This document shows, piece by piece, positions 9,773 to 18,772 of a DNA stretch of 64,000 nt (its first letter is position 1; each line of letters opens with the position of its first letter). Position numbers and translations under genes: made by a program. The stretch is taken from positions 576,001-640,000 of the forward strand of contig CAVVLJ010000017.1 of the NCBI GenBank assembly GCA_963749075.1, written 5' to 3'. The stretch is from an uncultured Pseudomonadota bacterium. GTDB lineage: Bacteria; Pseudomonadota; Alphaproteobacteria; JACZXZ01. The notes below the pieces were generated by a model. The model was not told the origin of the DNA. It saw only the letters and a program-made list of their open reading frames with translations, and made no database searches.

Positions 9773-11487
9773 CAGAGGTCCTCGCGGAAATACTTGAAGA
9801 CGCTCGCCAGCGGATTGGGCGCTGCCTGGCCCAAGCCGCAGATCGAGGCGTCGCGCATGGCGGCCGAGAGCTCGTCGAGGAGCTTCAAGTCCCACACCGG
9901 GCGCTCCATCAGCTTGACCGCCTTCTCGGTGCCGACCCGGCACGGCGTGCATTGGCCGCAGCTCTCGTCCTCGAAGAAGCGCATGAGGTTGAGCGCCACC
10001 GCCTTCATGTCGTCCCGGTCGGAGAGCACGACGACTGCCGCCGAGCCGATGAAGCAGCCGTGCGCCTCGAGCGTGCCGAAGTCGAGCGGGGCGTCGGCGA
10101 GCGAGGCCGGCAGGATGCCGCCCGAGGCGCCGCCCGGGAGATAGCCCTTGAAGCGGTGGCCCTCCGCCATGCCGCCGCAATACTCCTCGATGAGCTCGCG
10201 CGCGGTGATGCCGGCGGGTGCGAGCTTCATGCCCGGGCTCCTGACGCGGCCCGAGACCGAGAAGCTGCGCAGGCCCTTCCGCCCGTGCCGCCCTTGGCCG
10301 GCGAACCAGGCCGGCCCCTTCTCCACGATGTCGCGGATCCAGTAGAGCGTCTCGACGTTGTGAATGAGGGTCGGGAGGCCGAAGAGGCCCACTTGCGCCG
10401 GGAAGGGCGGCTTGTGGCGCGGCAGGCCGCGCTTGCCCTCGAGGCTCTCGAGCATCGCCGACTCCTCGCCGCAGATATAGGCGCCGGCGCCGCGGCGAAG
10501 ATGGAGCGCCACACCGCCCGCGAGGCCCGCCGCCTCGAGGGCCGCGATCTCCTTCCCGAGGAGCTCGCGGATCGCCGGGTACTCGTCGCGCAGATAGATA
10601 TAGACCTCCGCCGCCTCGATGCCCCAGGCGGCGATGAGCGCCCCCTCGAGGACGCGATGGGGATCGCGCTCGAGATACCAGCGGTCCTTGATGGTGCCGG
10701 GCTCGCCCTCGTCGGCGTTGACGGCGAGGAGGCGCGGGCCCGGATTGGCGAGCACGAAGCCCCACTTGCGCCCGGCGGGAAAGCCGGCACCGCCGAGGCC
10801 GCGCAAGCCCGCCTCGTCGATCTGCTTGACGATCTCCTCGACGCTGTGGCGACCCTCGCGGCAGGCCGCGAGGAGCCGGTAGCCGCCCGCCGCCCGGTAG
10901 GCCGCGAGATCGGCATAGGCGGGGAGGCGCGGCGCGGTCCTGCCGCCCTCGACCGCGGCGGCGACCGCATCGAGGGTCGCGGAGTCCACTTGATAATGCC
11001 CGACCTCGGCCGCCGGTGCCGCCTCGCAGCGCCCCATGCAGGGCGCACGCACCACGCGCGCCGTGCTGCCGAGCCGCCCGGGCAATGCGGCGAGCAGGCG
11101 CTGGGCACCCGCGAGCTCGCAGGAGAGGCTGTCGCACACCCGCACGGTGAGCGGCGGCGGCGGCGTCTCGCCCTCGAGCACCACGTCGAAATGGGCGTAG
11201 AAAGTGGCGACCTCGTAGACCTCGGCCTGGGCGAGCCGCATCTCATGGGCGAGTGCCGCGAGGTGGGCGGCACTCAGGCAATGGTACTTGTCCTGGATGA
11301 GGTGGAGATGCTCGATGAGAAGATCGCGCTGGCGCGGCCGCTCGCCGAGCAGTGCCTGCACCGCCGCGAGCGCCTCGGGATCGACCTGGCGCCCCTTGGG
11401 GAACGGCTTTCCCGGCCGGCGCCCGTCGCCGGGATGAGCGAACTTGCGAACCTGCTGACTGCCCTCGGCCATCGACGCACTTGCCAT
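9772..11487 (-). CDS. Formate dehydrogenase beta subunit (NuoE-NuoF-like fusion binding NAD(H)/FMN)
   Basis: RDLLIEHLHLIQD, EVATFYAHF, GLRGLGGAGFPAG.KW, NADEGEPGT.KDR, GAGAYICGEE, ESCGQCTPCRVG. Start at 11487 or 11472. Confidence 0.92.
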   Translation of the reverse strand: MASASMAEGSQQVRKFAHPGDGRRPGKPFPKGRQVDPEALAAVQALLGERPRQRDLLIEHLHLIQDKYHCLSAAHLAALAHEMRLAQAEVYEVATFYAHFDVVLEGETPPPPLTVRVCDSLSCELAGAQRLLAALPGRLGSTARVVRAPCMGRCEAAPAAEVGHYQVDSATLDAVAAAVEGGRTAPRLPAYADLAAYRAAGGYRLLAACREGRHSVEEIVKQIDEAGLRGLGGAGFPAGRKWGFVLANPGPRLLAVNADEGEPGTIKDRWYLERDPHRVLEGALIAAWGIEAAEVYIYLRDEYPAIRELLGKEIAALEAAGLAGGVALHLRRGAGAYICGEESAMLESLEGKRGLPRHKPPFPAQVGLFGLPTLIHNVETLYWIRDIVEKGPAWFAGQGRHGRKGLRSFSVSGRVRSPGMKLAPAGITARELIEEYCGGMAEGHRFKGYLPGGASGGILPASLADAPLDFGTLEAHGCFIGSAAVVVLSDRDDMKAVALNLMRFFEDESCGQCTPCRVGTEKAVKLMERPVWDLKLLDELSAAMRDASICGLGQAAPNPLASVFKYFREDL

Positions 11488-11659
11488 TGCGATACTGCGA
11501 ATCATTCGGGCGCTGCCCTGGCGCGTGCCAGCAGCGGTGACGTCCGTTGGCATTATGTATGCCAAGGCCGCGGATGGCAATCTCCCTTGGCCTATTGGCG
11601 GTAGGACAGTCCGAACTTCCGCATGGGTGGGAAGCGGGCATCGGATCGCCGCAAAGCGC

Positions 11660-13072
11660 TTACGAAGGGTCCATGGTGCGGACGGCGCGCCGTGTACCCA
11701 TATGCCAGGCGCTTAGGCATGCCAGCCCTGCCACCGGCAGTGCGGCGAGGAACACCCAGATCCCGGCGGCCTGCGCCGCGGGCGCCGAGAAACCATTGGC
11801 GAATCCCGCGAGATTGGCGACCGCGGCGGCCAGGGCCGAACCCGCCGCGGCACCGGTCAATCGCGCTGTTGCAATCCCGGCCCCGCCAATGGCTCGCTCC
11901 TCGTCGGTGAGGGCACCGAGGATTCCCTGGGTGATGAACGCGTAGGACAGGCCGAACCCTACGCCGGTCAAACCGGCCGCGAGCACGACCAAGGCGAGAT
12001 CGCCGTCATCGAACACCGCCGCGCAGGATGCCAGCCCGACGAAGATCGCTACTGCGCCCAGACGGATCAGGCGGCTCGGCCATCGTCCGGTCAATCCCGC
12101 CACCGGCAGAGATACGGCGGTCCAGAACAGGGCCTCAGCGCTCACCACATAACCGGCGGCGAGCGCCGAAACACCCCGCAAGGTCTGCAGCACGGCTGGC
12201 CCATAAACCGTCAGCCCCATTGTCGCGACATAGTAAAGGAATAGCGTTGCGTACCCGGCGCCATGAATGGTCCGCGGGTCACCCGAGCCCAGGGGGAACA
12301 GGCGTACGGCTCCGCGCGCGTCCAGTCTCAGCGCGAACATGAACGCTCCGACGCCCAGACTGATCAAGGCGGCCACTTGGACGAAATCACCAGCCAAATC
12401 CGCGACGGCTATCAGCGTGATGCCAATCGCGATGAAGGTCAGTTGCCGCCAAGCCACCGCTTGCGCCGCGGCCGCTGCCTCGGCGGCTGGCAACATGATC
12501 CCGGCGGCGGCCGCCACGATCGCACCTTGAACGGCGAACACCCAGAAGACGGCGCGCCAGGAACCGGCATCGGCGAATAGACCGCCCAGCAGCGGGCCGA
12601 TCAGGACGGCGACACCCCAGACCGAGCTGATCGAGGCGTAGACCCGTGGCAGCAGCCGGTTTGCGAACAAGAGACCGATCGCGACCTGGGAGAGGCCCGC
12701 CAGCCACCCTCCGCCGATACCCTGCAAGAGACGCCCCGAGAGGAAGGTGAAGATCTCCGGGGCTGCGGCGCTCAGCACGCAGCCGCCCGCGTAGACCAGG
12801 GCCGCTGCCGCTGTGGCCGAGCGCAGGCCAAAGCGCACGGCGAGCACGCCGGAACTCGCGGCCGCCAGCACCGAACCCATCAGGTAGCCTGCCGTGGCCC
12901 AACCGAAATAAGCGTAGCCGCCGAGAGAGCGTCCGACACTGGGCATGATGGTGGCGGTGACCAGGCTGTCGGCGGCGCTCAACCAGACAGCCAGGCAAAT
13001 CAAGACGAAGCTCGGCAGACGTCCTCCGCCCACCACGTCCGCCCAGCTTGCCCTCGCCGCAGCCGCGCTCAT
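11660..13072 (-). CDS. MFS transporter (DHA2-like)
   Basis: About 14 hydrophobic segments, GRLLQGIGGG and GPLLGG motifs. Likely start MSAAAARAS. Confidence 0.85.
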   Translation of the reverse strand: MSAAAARASWADVVGGGRLPSFVLICLAVWLSAADSLVTATIMPSVGRSLGGYAYFGWATAGYLMGSVLAAASSGVLAVRFGLRSATAAAALVYAGGCVLSAAAPEIFTFLSGRLLQGIGGGWLAGLSQVAIGLLFANRLLPRVYASISSVWGVAVLIGPLLGGLFADAGSWRAVFWVFAVQGAIVAAAAGIMLPAAEAAAAAQAVAWRQLTFIAIGITLIAVADLAGDFVQVAALISLGVGAFMFALRLDARGAVRLFPLGSGDPRTIHGAGYATLFLYYVATMGLTVYGPAVLQTLRGVSALAAGYVVSAEALFWTAVSLPVAGLTGRWPSRLIRLGAVAIFVGLASCAAVFDDGDLALVVLAAGLTGVGFGLSYAFITQGILGALTDEERAIGGAGIATARLTGAAAGSALAAAVANLAGFANGFSAPAAQAAGIWVFLAALPVAGLACLSAWHMGTRRAVRTMDPS

Positions 13073-13143
13073 TTGACAACCTCTCAGTTGACAAATTAAT
13101 GGATAGACGGGCCGGGGTATTTTTGCAATCATTAGATTGTCAA
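13072..13143. promoter_or_regulatory. Two palindromic operators, CAAC-N6-GTTG and CAAT-N6-ATTG
   Basis: TTTGACAACCTCTCAGTTGACAAA (13072-13095) and TTTTGCAATCATTAGATTGTCAAA (13120-13143) lie between the divergent MFS and regulator genes. Confidence 0.65.
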
Positions 13144-13165
13144 ACGCGATGTTACGGGAGGGGTC

Positions 13166-13792
13166 TTGCGGTCGACAGCGGACCAGATTCTGTTTGAATT
13201 GAAGACCCGCGGCGCGGCCACGACCCGCGATCTGGCCGCGCGGACGGGGATCACGCGCCAGGCTGCCCGGGAGCATCTGACAAGGCTCGGGGCGGCACGG
13301 CTGGTGGAGCACGCGAGGGCGGCCGCTGGGGTTGGCCGACCGGGCCATACGTGGTCCCTCACGGGAAAAGGCCATGGCCGTTTTCCCGACACCCACGCTC
13401 AGATGACGGTCGAGCTGATCGAGGCGATTCGCGGCGAATTCGGCGAGGCTGGACTTGCTCGCATGCTTGCCCGCCGGGAGCAAGCGACGGCGGAAAAGTA
13501 CGAACAGGCATTGCGGGGAGCCGCAACCCTGGAAGAGCGCGTGGCGCGGCTGGTGCGGCTTCGCTCGACGGAAGGGTACATGGCGGAGGCCTCGCGCCGC
13601 GACGATGGAACTTACGTCATCGCGGAAAACCATTGTCCCATCTGCGCCGCCGCCGCCGCTTGTCAGGGCTTCTGCCGTTCCGAGCTCGCGCTCTTCGCGC
13701 GGCTACTGGCACCGGCTGAGGTGGAGCGTTCCGAGCACTTGCTCGCGGGTTGCCGGCGCTGCTGCTATCTGGTTGCGCCGGCCGGTCGCTGA
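13166..13792 (+). CDS. SufR-like HTH metalloregulator
   Basis: N-terminal HTH followed by GVGRP..W.LT..G...FPD. C-terminal ENHCPIC...CQGFCRSE...RRCCY Cys cluster. Confidence 0.85.
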   Translation: MRSTADQILFELKTRGAATTRDLAARTGITRQAAREHLTRLGAARLVEHARAAAGVGRPGHTWSLTGKGHGRFPDTHAQMTVELIEAIRGEFGEAGLARMLARREQATAEKYEQALRGAATLEERVARLVRLRSTEGYMAEASRRDDGTYVIAENHCPICAAAAACQGFCRSELALFARLLAPAEVERSEHLLAGCRRCCYLVAPAGR

Positions 13793-13908
13793 CGGGGCAT
13801 TCGGAGGTCGGAGCCCGAGTGGGCCGCGGACTGTTTGTCGCCGCACTCGCCCACCCGCAGCGGCCACGCCGCAGACGGCGAGCAACCGCCCGCTAAAGCA
13901 CGTCCCGG

Positions 13909-14307
13909 CTACCGCCCGACCTTCGCGTCGAGACGCGCCACGAACCGCGCCATATCGATGACCAGCCGCTCATGGCTGCCGGCGCCGATCTCTTGGCGCT
14001 CGTCGCGCGCCACGACGCGAAAGGTGACGCGGCGGCCTTGGACCGCGGTCACCTCCGCCTCGCCCACCACGCGCATGGCGACGGGCGTGGCAGCAAGGTG
14101 GCGCACGTCGACGCGGGTGCCGACCGCGCTCTCGCCGGGATCGAGGTAGCCCCGGATGGCGTTGAGTGCGGCATTCTCCAGCACCATGACCATGACCGGG
14201 GTGGAGAAGACCGGCGGCAGCATGGCGTCCTTGAACTGGTTCGCCAAATGCTCCGGCTTGACGACAAGGGAGAAGCTGCCGCGAGCGCCGAGCGGTATCT
14301 CTCTCAT
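13909..14307 (-). CDS. Hotdog-fold thioesterase (FlK-like)
   Basis: VFSTP.M...ENAA, AVGT.VDVRHLAATPV, IG.G.HER. GGAGGAG RBS. Confidence 0.88.
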   Translation of the reverse strand: MREIPLGARGSFSLVVKPEHLANQFKDAMLPPVFSTPVMVMVLENAALNAIRGYLDPGESAVGTRVDVRHLAATPVAMRVVGEAEVTAVQGRRVTFRVVARDERQEIGAGSHERLVIDMARFVARLDAKVGR

Positions 14308-14325
14308 GGACACTCCTCCATCGCG

Positions 14326-14447
14326 AGCAGCGCGGCCGTCAACGCCGTGAAGCAATACGCCCGGGCGGGGCTCACGAAGGAGGTGCCGCTCTACTCGGAC
14401 TCCGTGACCAACGCCACCACCCTGCGCGCTAGGGCGACGTGGCGCTC
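14326..14447 (+). pseudogene. Internal fragment of a branched-chain-type ABC substrate-binding protein gene
   Basis: Reads SSAAVNAVKQYARAGLTKEVPLYSDSVTNATTLRA(Q)GDVAL, resembling the FVKQY..AGL...PLY....DETTL.AQGDAA segment of these proteins. No start codon or remainder of the gene. Confidence 0.45.
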
Positions 14448-14796
14448 AGCGCGGTTTGTCCGAAGGGATGAAATCGTATTTTCCGACGCCCTGGACGAGG
14501 AGATAGCGGCTCGTCCCGGGAGCGCCGTTGGTCACGAGGTGCTCGGTCCGCGCCTTAACCGTGCAGCGCTCGCCCGGCCCGAGCCGCCACTTGCGCTCGG
14601 GCGAGCGGGTCTCGACGCCGACCTCTCCCTCCAGGCAGAAGAAGACATCGTCGATCTCGCTGTGGGAATGCCAGGGCACAAGCTCGCCCGGCGCCAAGGT
14701 GAAGACCTTGACCGAGAGCTCCGCCGCCTCGGCCACGACCTCGCGCTTGCTGACCCGGTAAGGGAGTGTCTTGGAGCGGCCTTCCCTCGTCGCCAT
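14446..14796 (-). CDS. Cupin domain protein
   Basis: LAPGE.VPWHSH...D.FFCLEG...LGPGE....A...H.V.N cupin motifs. GGAGGGAGG RBS. Confidence 0.85.
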   Translation of the reverse strand: MATREGRSKTLPYRVSKREVVAEAAELSVKVFTLAPGELVPWHSHSEIDDVFFCLEGEVGVETRSPERKWRLGPGERCTVKARTEHLVTNGAPGTSRYLLVQGVGKYDFIPSDKPR

Positions 14797-14817
14797 CCCT
14801 TGCCTCCCTCCTTCGAG

Positions 14818-14953
14818 CTGGAGCATGATCCGATCAGGTTGAAACACCCGGCGTCACCCCCGCGAAAGCCGGAGTCCGGGCGCTGCCGGATTCCCGCTTT
14901 CGCGGGAATGACGAAGTGTACACCCGATCCAATTTGACCGGATCACGCTCTAG
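14818..14953. repeat. Nested palindromic intergenic repeat (CTAG-ended element containing a REP-like hairpin)
   Basis: Outer arms CTGGAGCATGATCCGATCA and TGACCGGATCACGCTCTAG. Inner arms CGTCACCCCCGCGAAAGCCGGAGTCCGG (14852-14879) and CCGGATTCCCGCTTTCGCGGGAATGACG (14886-14913). Confidence 0.75.
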
Positions 14954-16101
14954 AAACCAATCAAGCTCTTGAGGTCGGACCACAGCTCGCCGAGGCTGCG
15001 CTTGTGGCCGGTATCGATCTCCGCGTCCACGCTCATGCCGGCGCGCAGGACCGGAGCCTCGTCATAGCCCTCTATGTGGAGCCGCACCGGGATGCGCTGC
15101 ACCACCTTGACCCAATTGCCCGAGGCGTTCTGCGGCGGCAGCAGGGCGAACTCGGCGCCGCTCGCGGGCGCGATGCTCTCGACGACCGCCCGCCAGCTGC
15201 GCCCGGGATAGGTGTCGACCGTAACCGTCGCAGGCTGGCCGGGCAGCACATGGGTGAGCTCGGTCTCCTTGTAGTTGGCCTCGACCCAGAGGCGGTCCGA
15301 GGGAACCAGGGCGAAGGTCGCATCGCCGACGTGGACGTAATCGCCGGCCCGCAACGTCACGTTGGTGACGGTGCCCGCGGTCGGCGCGTACACCGCGGTA
15401 TAGCTGATGTCGAGCTTGGCCTTGTCGAGGGCGGCCATGGCCTGGAGATAGGAGGCCTGCTGCTCGACCGGGAGGTCCGGATTGCCGCCGAGCGCCGCCA
15501 TCACGCGCGCGAGATCCTGCTTGTCGGCGGCAAGCGTCTGCTGGGCGACGCTCAGGCTGTGCTGCGAGTCCTCGAGGTTCTGCGCCGAGACGACGCCTTG
15601 GCCGTGGAGGCCGCGGTTGCGCTCCACGTTGCGCTGGTAATAGGCGACGGTGTCCTGCGCCTTGGCGATTTCCGCGAGCTTCACGCGATAGTCCGCCTTC
15701 TCTCCCTCGATCTCGTCGCGCGCCGAGAGGAGGCGGGCCTTGGCGCCCTCGATCGCTATGCGGTAGGGCGCGTCGTCGATCTTGAAGAGGATGTCGCCTG
15801 CCTTGACGCGCTGGTTCTCGATCACCGGCACCTCCGAGACCCGTCCGGCCACTTCGGCGCTTACCTGGATCTTGTCGGCCTTGACGTAGGCATCGTCGGT
15901 CGAGACGTACCGTCCGCCGGCGAGATAGGCGTAGAGCGCCAGCGCAACGAGGAGGGCGGGGCCGACGATCATGAGCACGACGCGCGTCAGCATGCGCCGC
16001 GAGTAGCGCGAGCGCCGGCGCTGCGGCACCGCGCGCGGCTCGGCGGCGCGCTCGGCGGGAGCGATCTTGGCGATGGGCGCTGCCTCGCGCGGCTTAGCCA
16101 T
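14950..16101 (-). CDS. emrA: HlyD/EmrA-family membrane fusion protein
   Basis: N-terminal TM, STDDAYV, V.ANYKETEL, FALLPPQNASGNWVKVVQRIPVR. Confidence 0.92.
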   Translation of the reverse strand: MAKPREAAPIAKIAPAERAAEPRAVPQRRRSRYSRRMLTRVVLMIVGPALLVALALYAYLAGGRYVSTDDAYVKADKIQVSAEVAGRVSEVPVIENQRVKAGDILFKIDDAPYRIAIEGAKARLLSARDEIEGEKADYRVKLAEIAKAQDTVAYYQRNVERNRGLHGQGVVSAQNLEDSQHSLSVAQQTLAADKQDLARVMAALGGNPDLPVEQQASYLQAMAALDKAKLDISYTAVYAPTAGTVTNVTLRAGDYVHVGDATFALVPSDRLWVEANYKETELTHVLPGQPATVTVDTYPGRSWRAVVESIAPASGAEFALLPPQNASGNWVKVVQRIPVRLHIEGYDEAPVLRAGMSVDAEIDTGHKRSLGELWSDLKSLIGF

Positions 16102-16573
16102 TGGGGCCTCCCGCGCGCCGCAGGCCATGGCGCTCGCGCTCGCCCGACTGCAGCGCCAGATTGCCCTTCATGCGCAAAAGCCCCGCGCTCAGCACGGCGA
16201 TCTCGGAACTTGCGAATCCCGCGAAGGCCTCGCCGAGCGTCTCGAGCGCCAGCGCCCTCATGCGCTCCAGCACCGGATGGGCCTTGGCGGTGAGAAAGAG
16301 GCGCCAGGTGCGCCGGTCGGCGGGATCGTGCCGGCGCTCGACGAAGCCGCCGGCCTCGAGGCGGTCGATGAGCCGGGCGAGCGAGATAGGCTCGATCTCG
16401 AGGAGCTCGGCCAGTGCCGCCTGGTGGATACCCTCCTGGCGCCCGATATGGGCGAGCGCCCGCCACTGGGCGCGGGTCAGCCCGAGCGCCTGGGCGCGCT
16501 GATCGAAGCGGTGCCGCAGCAGCCGCGCTACATCATTGAGAAGAAAGCCGAAACCGGGATCGAGATCGGGCAT
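16094..16573 (-). CDS. MarR-family regulator
   Basis: GLTRAQW..L, Q..LAELLEI, L.DRLE..G.VER..DP.DRR. Confidence 0.92.
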   Translation of the reverse strand: MPDLDPGFGFLLNDVARLLRHRFDQRAQALGLTRAQWRALAHIGRQEGIHQAALAELLEIEPISLARLIDRLEAGGFVERRHDPADRRTWRLFLTAKAHPVLERMRALALETLGEAFAGFASSEIAVLSAGLLRMKGNLALQSGERERHGLRRAGGPNG

Positions 16574-17025
16574 CGTGGAAACCGGGCAGCAGCGAGGCAG
16601 TGCGCGCGGGCGTTCATAAGCCCGCTTATGATAAGCGCATACTTACGACGCACCGGCGAGGAGTCAACGGGATTTTCCCCGCTCGGGCCCGAGCTCGCCC
16701 CGATTGCCCCAGGCTCCGGCGACTGTCTCCATTTCACGGTCGACAAGGGCCGTGCCGTGGCGTAAAGAGCGGCCGAACGCGCGGCCGCCGCAAGCGGAGG
16801 TAAGCCATGACGCTCGGACAACCTGGGGGTGCGCGCCGGCCGTGCGCCGGCTCGCTGCGGCGGGCGCCAGCCAGGAGGCGGCTGCTCCCGGCAGCCCTCG
16901 AGCCTCCCTCTCCCGGCAGCACCGTCTAAGCCGCCGAGGCCCGCGGCGGTGCGGGCGAGCGGCGCGCCTCGCCGCAGAAAGCGCTTGCCGCGGCGGGGAC
17001 CGAGCCCCGTGCCGGAGAGGGCGTC

Positions 17026-18759
17026 ATGCGCGAACATCCCTATCTCTCGACCGCAACGCAGCTCCGTACGCTCGTTCCCAACCAGTGGGACGTGCTGGCG
17101 ATTCCGCTCGTCTTCAGCGTCATCTTCGCGCTGGCCATCGGATTCCGCCAAATGGCGGCGCCGGTCGAGGTGCTGCAGACGACCGCCGTCACCCTCTCCC
17201 CCTGGAACCTCCCGGAGTACGCGCTGCGCACCGTGCTGCGCATGCTGACGGCGCTTGCCGGCTCGCTCGTCTTCACGCTGGTCTACGGCACGCTCGCCGC
17301 CAAGTCGCGCCGCCTCGCCGTCGTGCTCATTCCGCTCCTCGACGTGCTGCAATCGGTGCCGGTGCTCGGCTACCTCTCCTTCACGGTGACCTTCTTCCTC
17401 GCCCTCTTTCCGCGGAGCGTCGCCGGCGCCGAGTGCGCGGCGATCTTCGCCATCTTCACGAGCCAGGCCTGGAACATGACCTTCAGCTTCTACCAGTCGC
17501 TGCGCACCGTGCCGCACGATCTGGACGAAGCGGCGCGCGCCTTCCGCTTCACCGCCTGGCAGCGCTTTTGGCGCCTCGAGGTGCCCTTCGCCATGCCGGG
17601 ACTGGTGTGGAACATGATGATGTCCATGTCGGGCGGCTGGTTCTTCGTCGTGGCCTCGGAAGCCATCACCGTCGGCGACAACCACATCACGCTGCCCGGC
17701 ATCGGCGCCTATGTGGCGATCGCCATCGAGCAGAAGAGTCTCGCCGCGGTGGGCTGGGCCATCCTGGCCATGGTCGTCGTCATCGTGATCTACGACCAGC
17801 TGATGTTCCGGCCGCTCGTCGCCTGGGCCGACAAGTTCCGCCTGGACACCGTGGGCAGCCAATCGGCGCCCGAGTCGTGGCTCCTCAACCTCCTGCAGCG
17901 CACGCGCTTCTTCCGCTCCGTGACGGCGCCCATCGGCCGCGCGCTCGATCTCATCTTGCGGCTGCCGGCCCCGCGCCCGGCGATGGGCGGGCTGTCGCGA
18001 TGGAAGCCGCCGGAGCGCCTGATCGATACGGTCTGGTACGCGATCCTCCTGGCCGGCGCCGCCTATGCCGCGATCTCCGCCGTCCACTACGTGGCCGCGA
18101 CGCTGAGCTGGAGCGACCTCTGGACCGCCATCCGGCTCGGCTTCTACACCTTGATCCGCGTCGCCGTGCTGATCGTGCTCGCGAGCGCGGTGTGGGTACC
18201 GCTCGGCGTCGTCATCGGCCTGCGGCCGCGCCTCGCCGAGAAGGTGCAGCCGATCGCCCAGTTCCTCGCCGCCTTCCCGGCCAATCTGCTCTTCCCGGTC
18301 GCGGTCGTGCTCCTCGTGCACTTCGCGCTCAATCCCAACATCTGGCTGGCGCCGCTGATGATCCTCGGCACGCAATGGTACATACTCTTCAACGTGATCG
18401 CGGGCGCCAGCACCTTCCCCACCGACTTCATCGAGGCGGCGGCGAACTTCCGGGTGCGCGGCTTCCTGTGGTGGCGTAAAGTCATGCTGCCCGGCATCTT
18501 CCCCTTCTATGTGACGGGCGCCATCACCGCCTCGGGCGGGGCCTGGAACGCCAGCATCGTCTCGGAGGCGGTGAGTTGGGGCGACACCAAGCTCTCGGCC
18601 GCGGGGCTCGGCGCCTATATCGCACAGATGACCGATGCCGGCGACTATCCGCGCATCGTGCTGGGGATCGCCGTCATGTCCGTCTACGTCATCCTTTGCA
18701 ATCGGTTGATCTGGCGTCCGCTCTACGGCTACGCCGAGCGGCGCCTGCGCCTCGATTGA
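17026..18759 (+). CDS. ABC transporter permease (NitT/TauT type, two fused TM domains)
   Basis: LDVLQSVPVLG, FTSQAWNM.FSFYQSL, NMMMSMSGGWFF, AAFPANL, LGTQWYILFNV. Confidence 0.92.
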   Translation: MREHPYLSTATQLRTLVPNQWDVLAIPLVFSVIFALAIGFRQMAAPVEVLQTTAVTLSPWNLPEYALRTVLRMLTALAGSLVFTLVYGTLAAKSRRLAVVLIPLLDVLQSVPVLGYLSFTVTFFLALFPRSVAGAECAAIFAIFTSQAWNMTFSFYQSLRTVPHDLDEAARAFRFTAWQRFWRLEVPFAMPGLVWNMMMSMSGGWFFVVASEAITVGDNHITLPGIGAYVAIAIEQKSLAAVGWAILAMVVVIVIYDQLMFRPLVAWADKFRLDTVGSQSAPESWLLNLLQRTRFFRSVTAPIGRALDLILRLPAPRPAMGGLSRWKPPERLIDTVWYAILLAGAAYAAISAVHYVAATLSWSDLWTAIRLGFYTLIRVAVLIVLASAVWVPLGVVIGLRPRLAEKVQPIAQFLAAFPANLLFPVAVVLLVHFALNPNIWLAPLMILGTQWYILFNVIAGASTFPTDFIEAAANFRVRGFLWWRKVMLPGIFPFYVTGAITASGGAWNASIVSEAVSWGDTKLSAAGLGAYIAQMTDAGDYPRIVLGIAVMSVYVILCNRLIWRPLYGYAERRLRLD

Positions 18760-18772
18760 GGGAGTCCCTGCC

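Noticed and set aside
7004-11137. 1377-aa FDH alpha ORF
   Set aside because: The first ~455 codons are an off-frame overlap with the beta subunit. The real start is ATG 9772.
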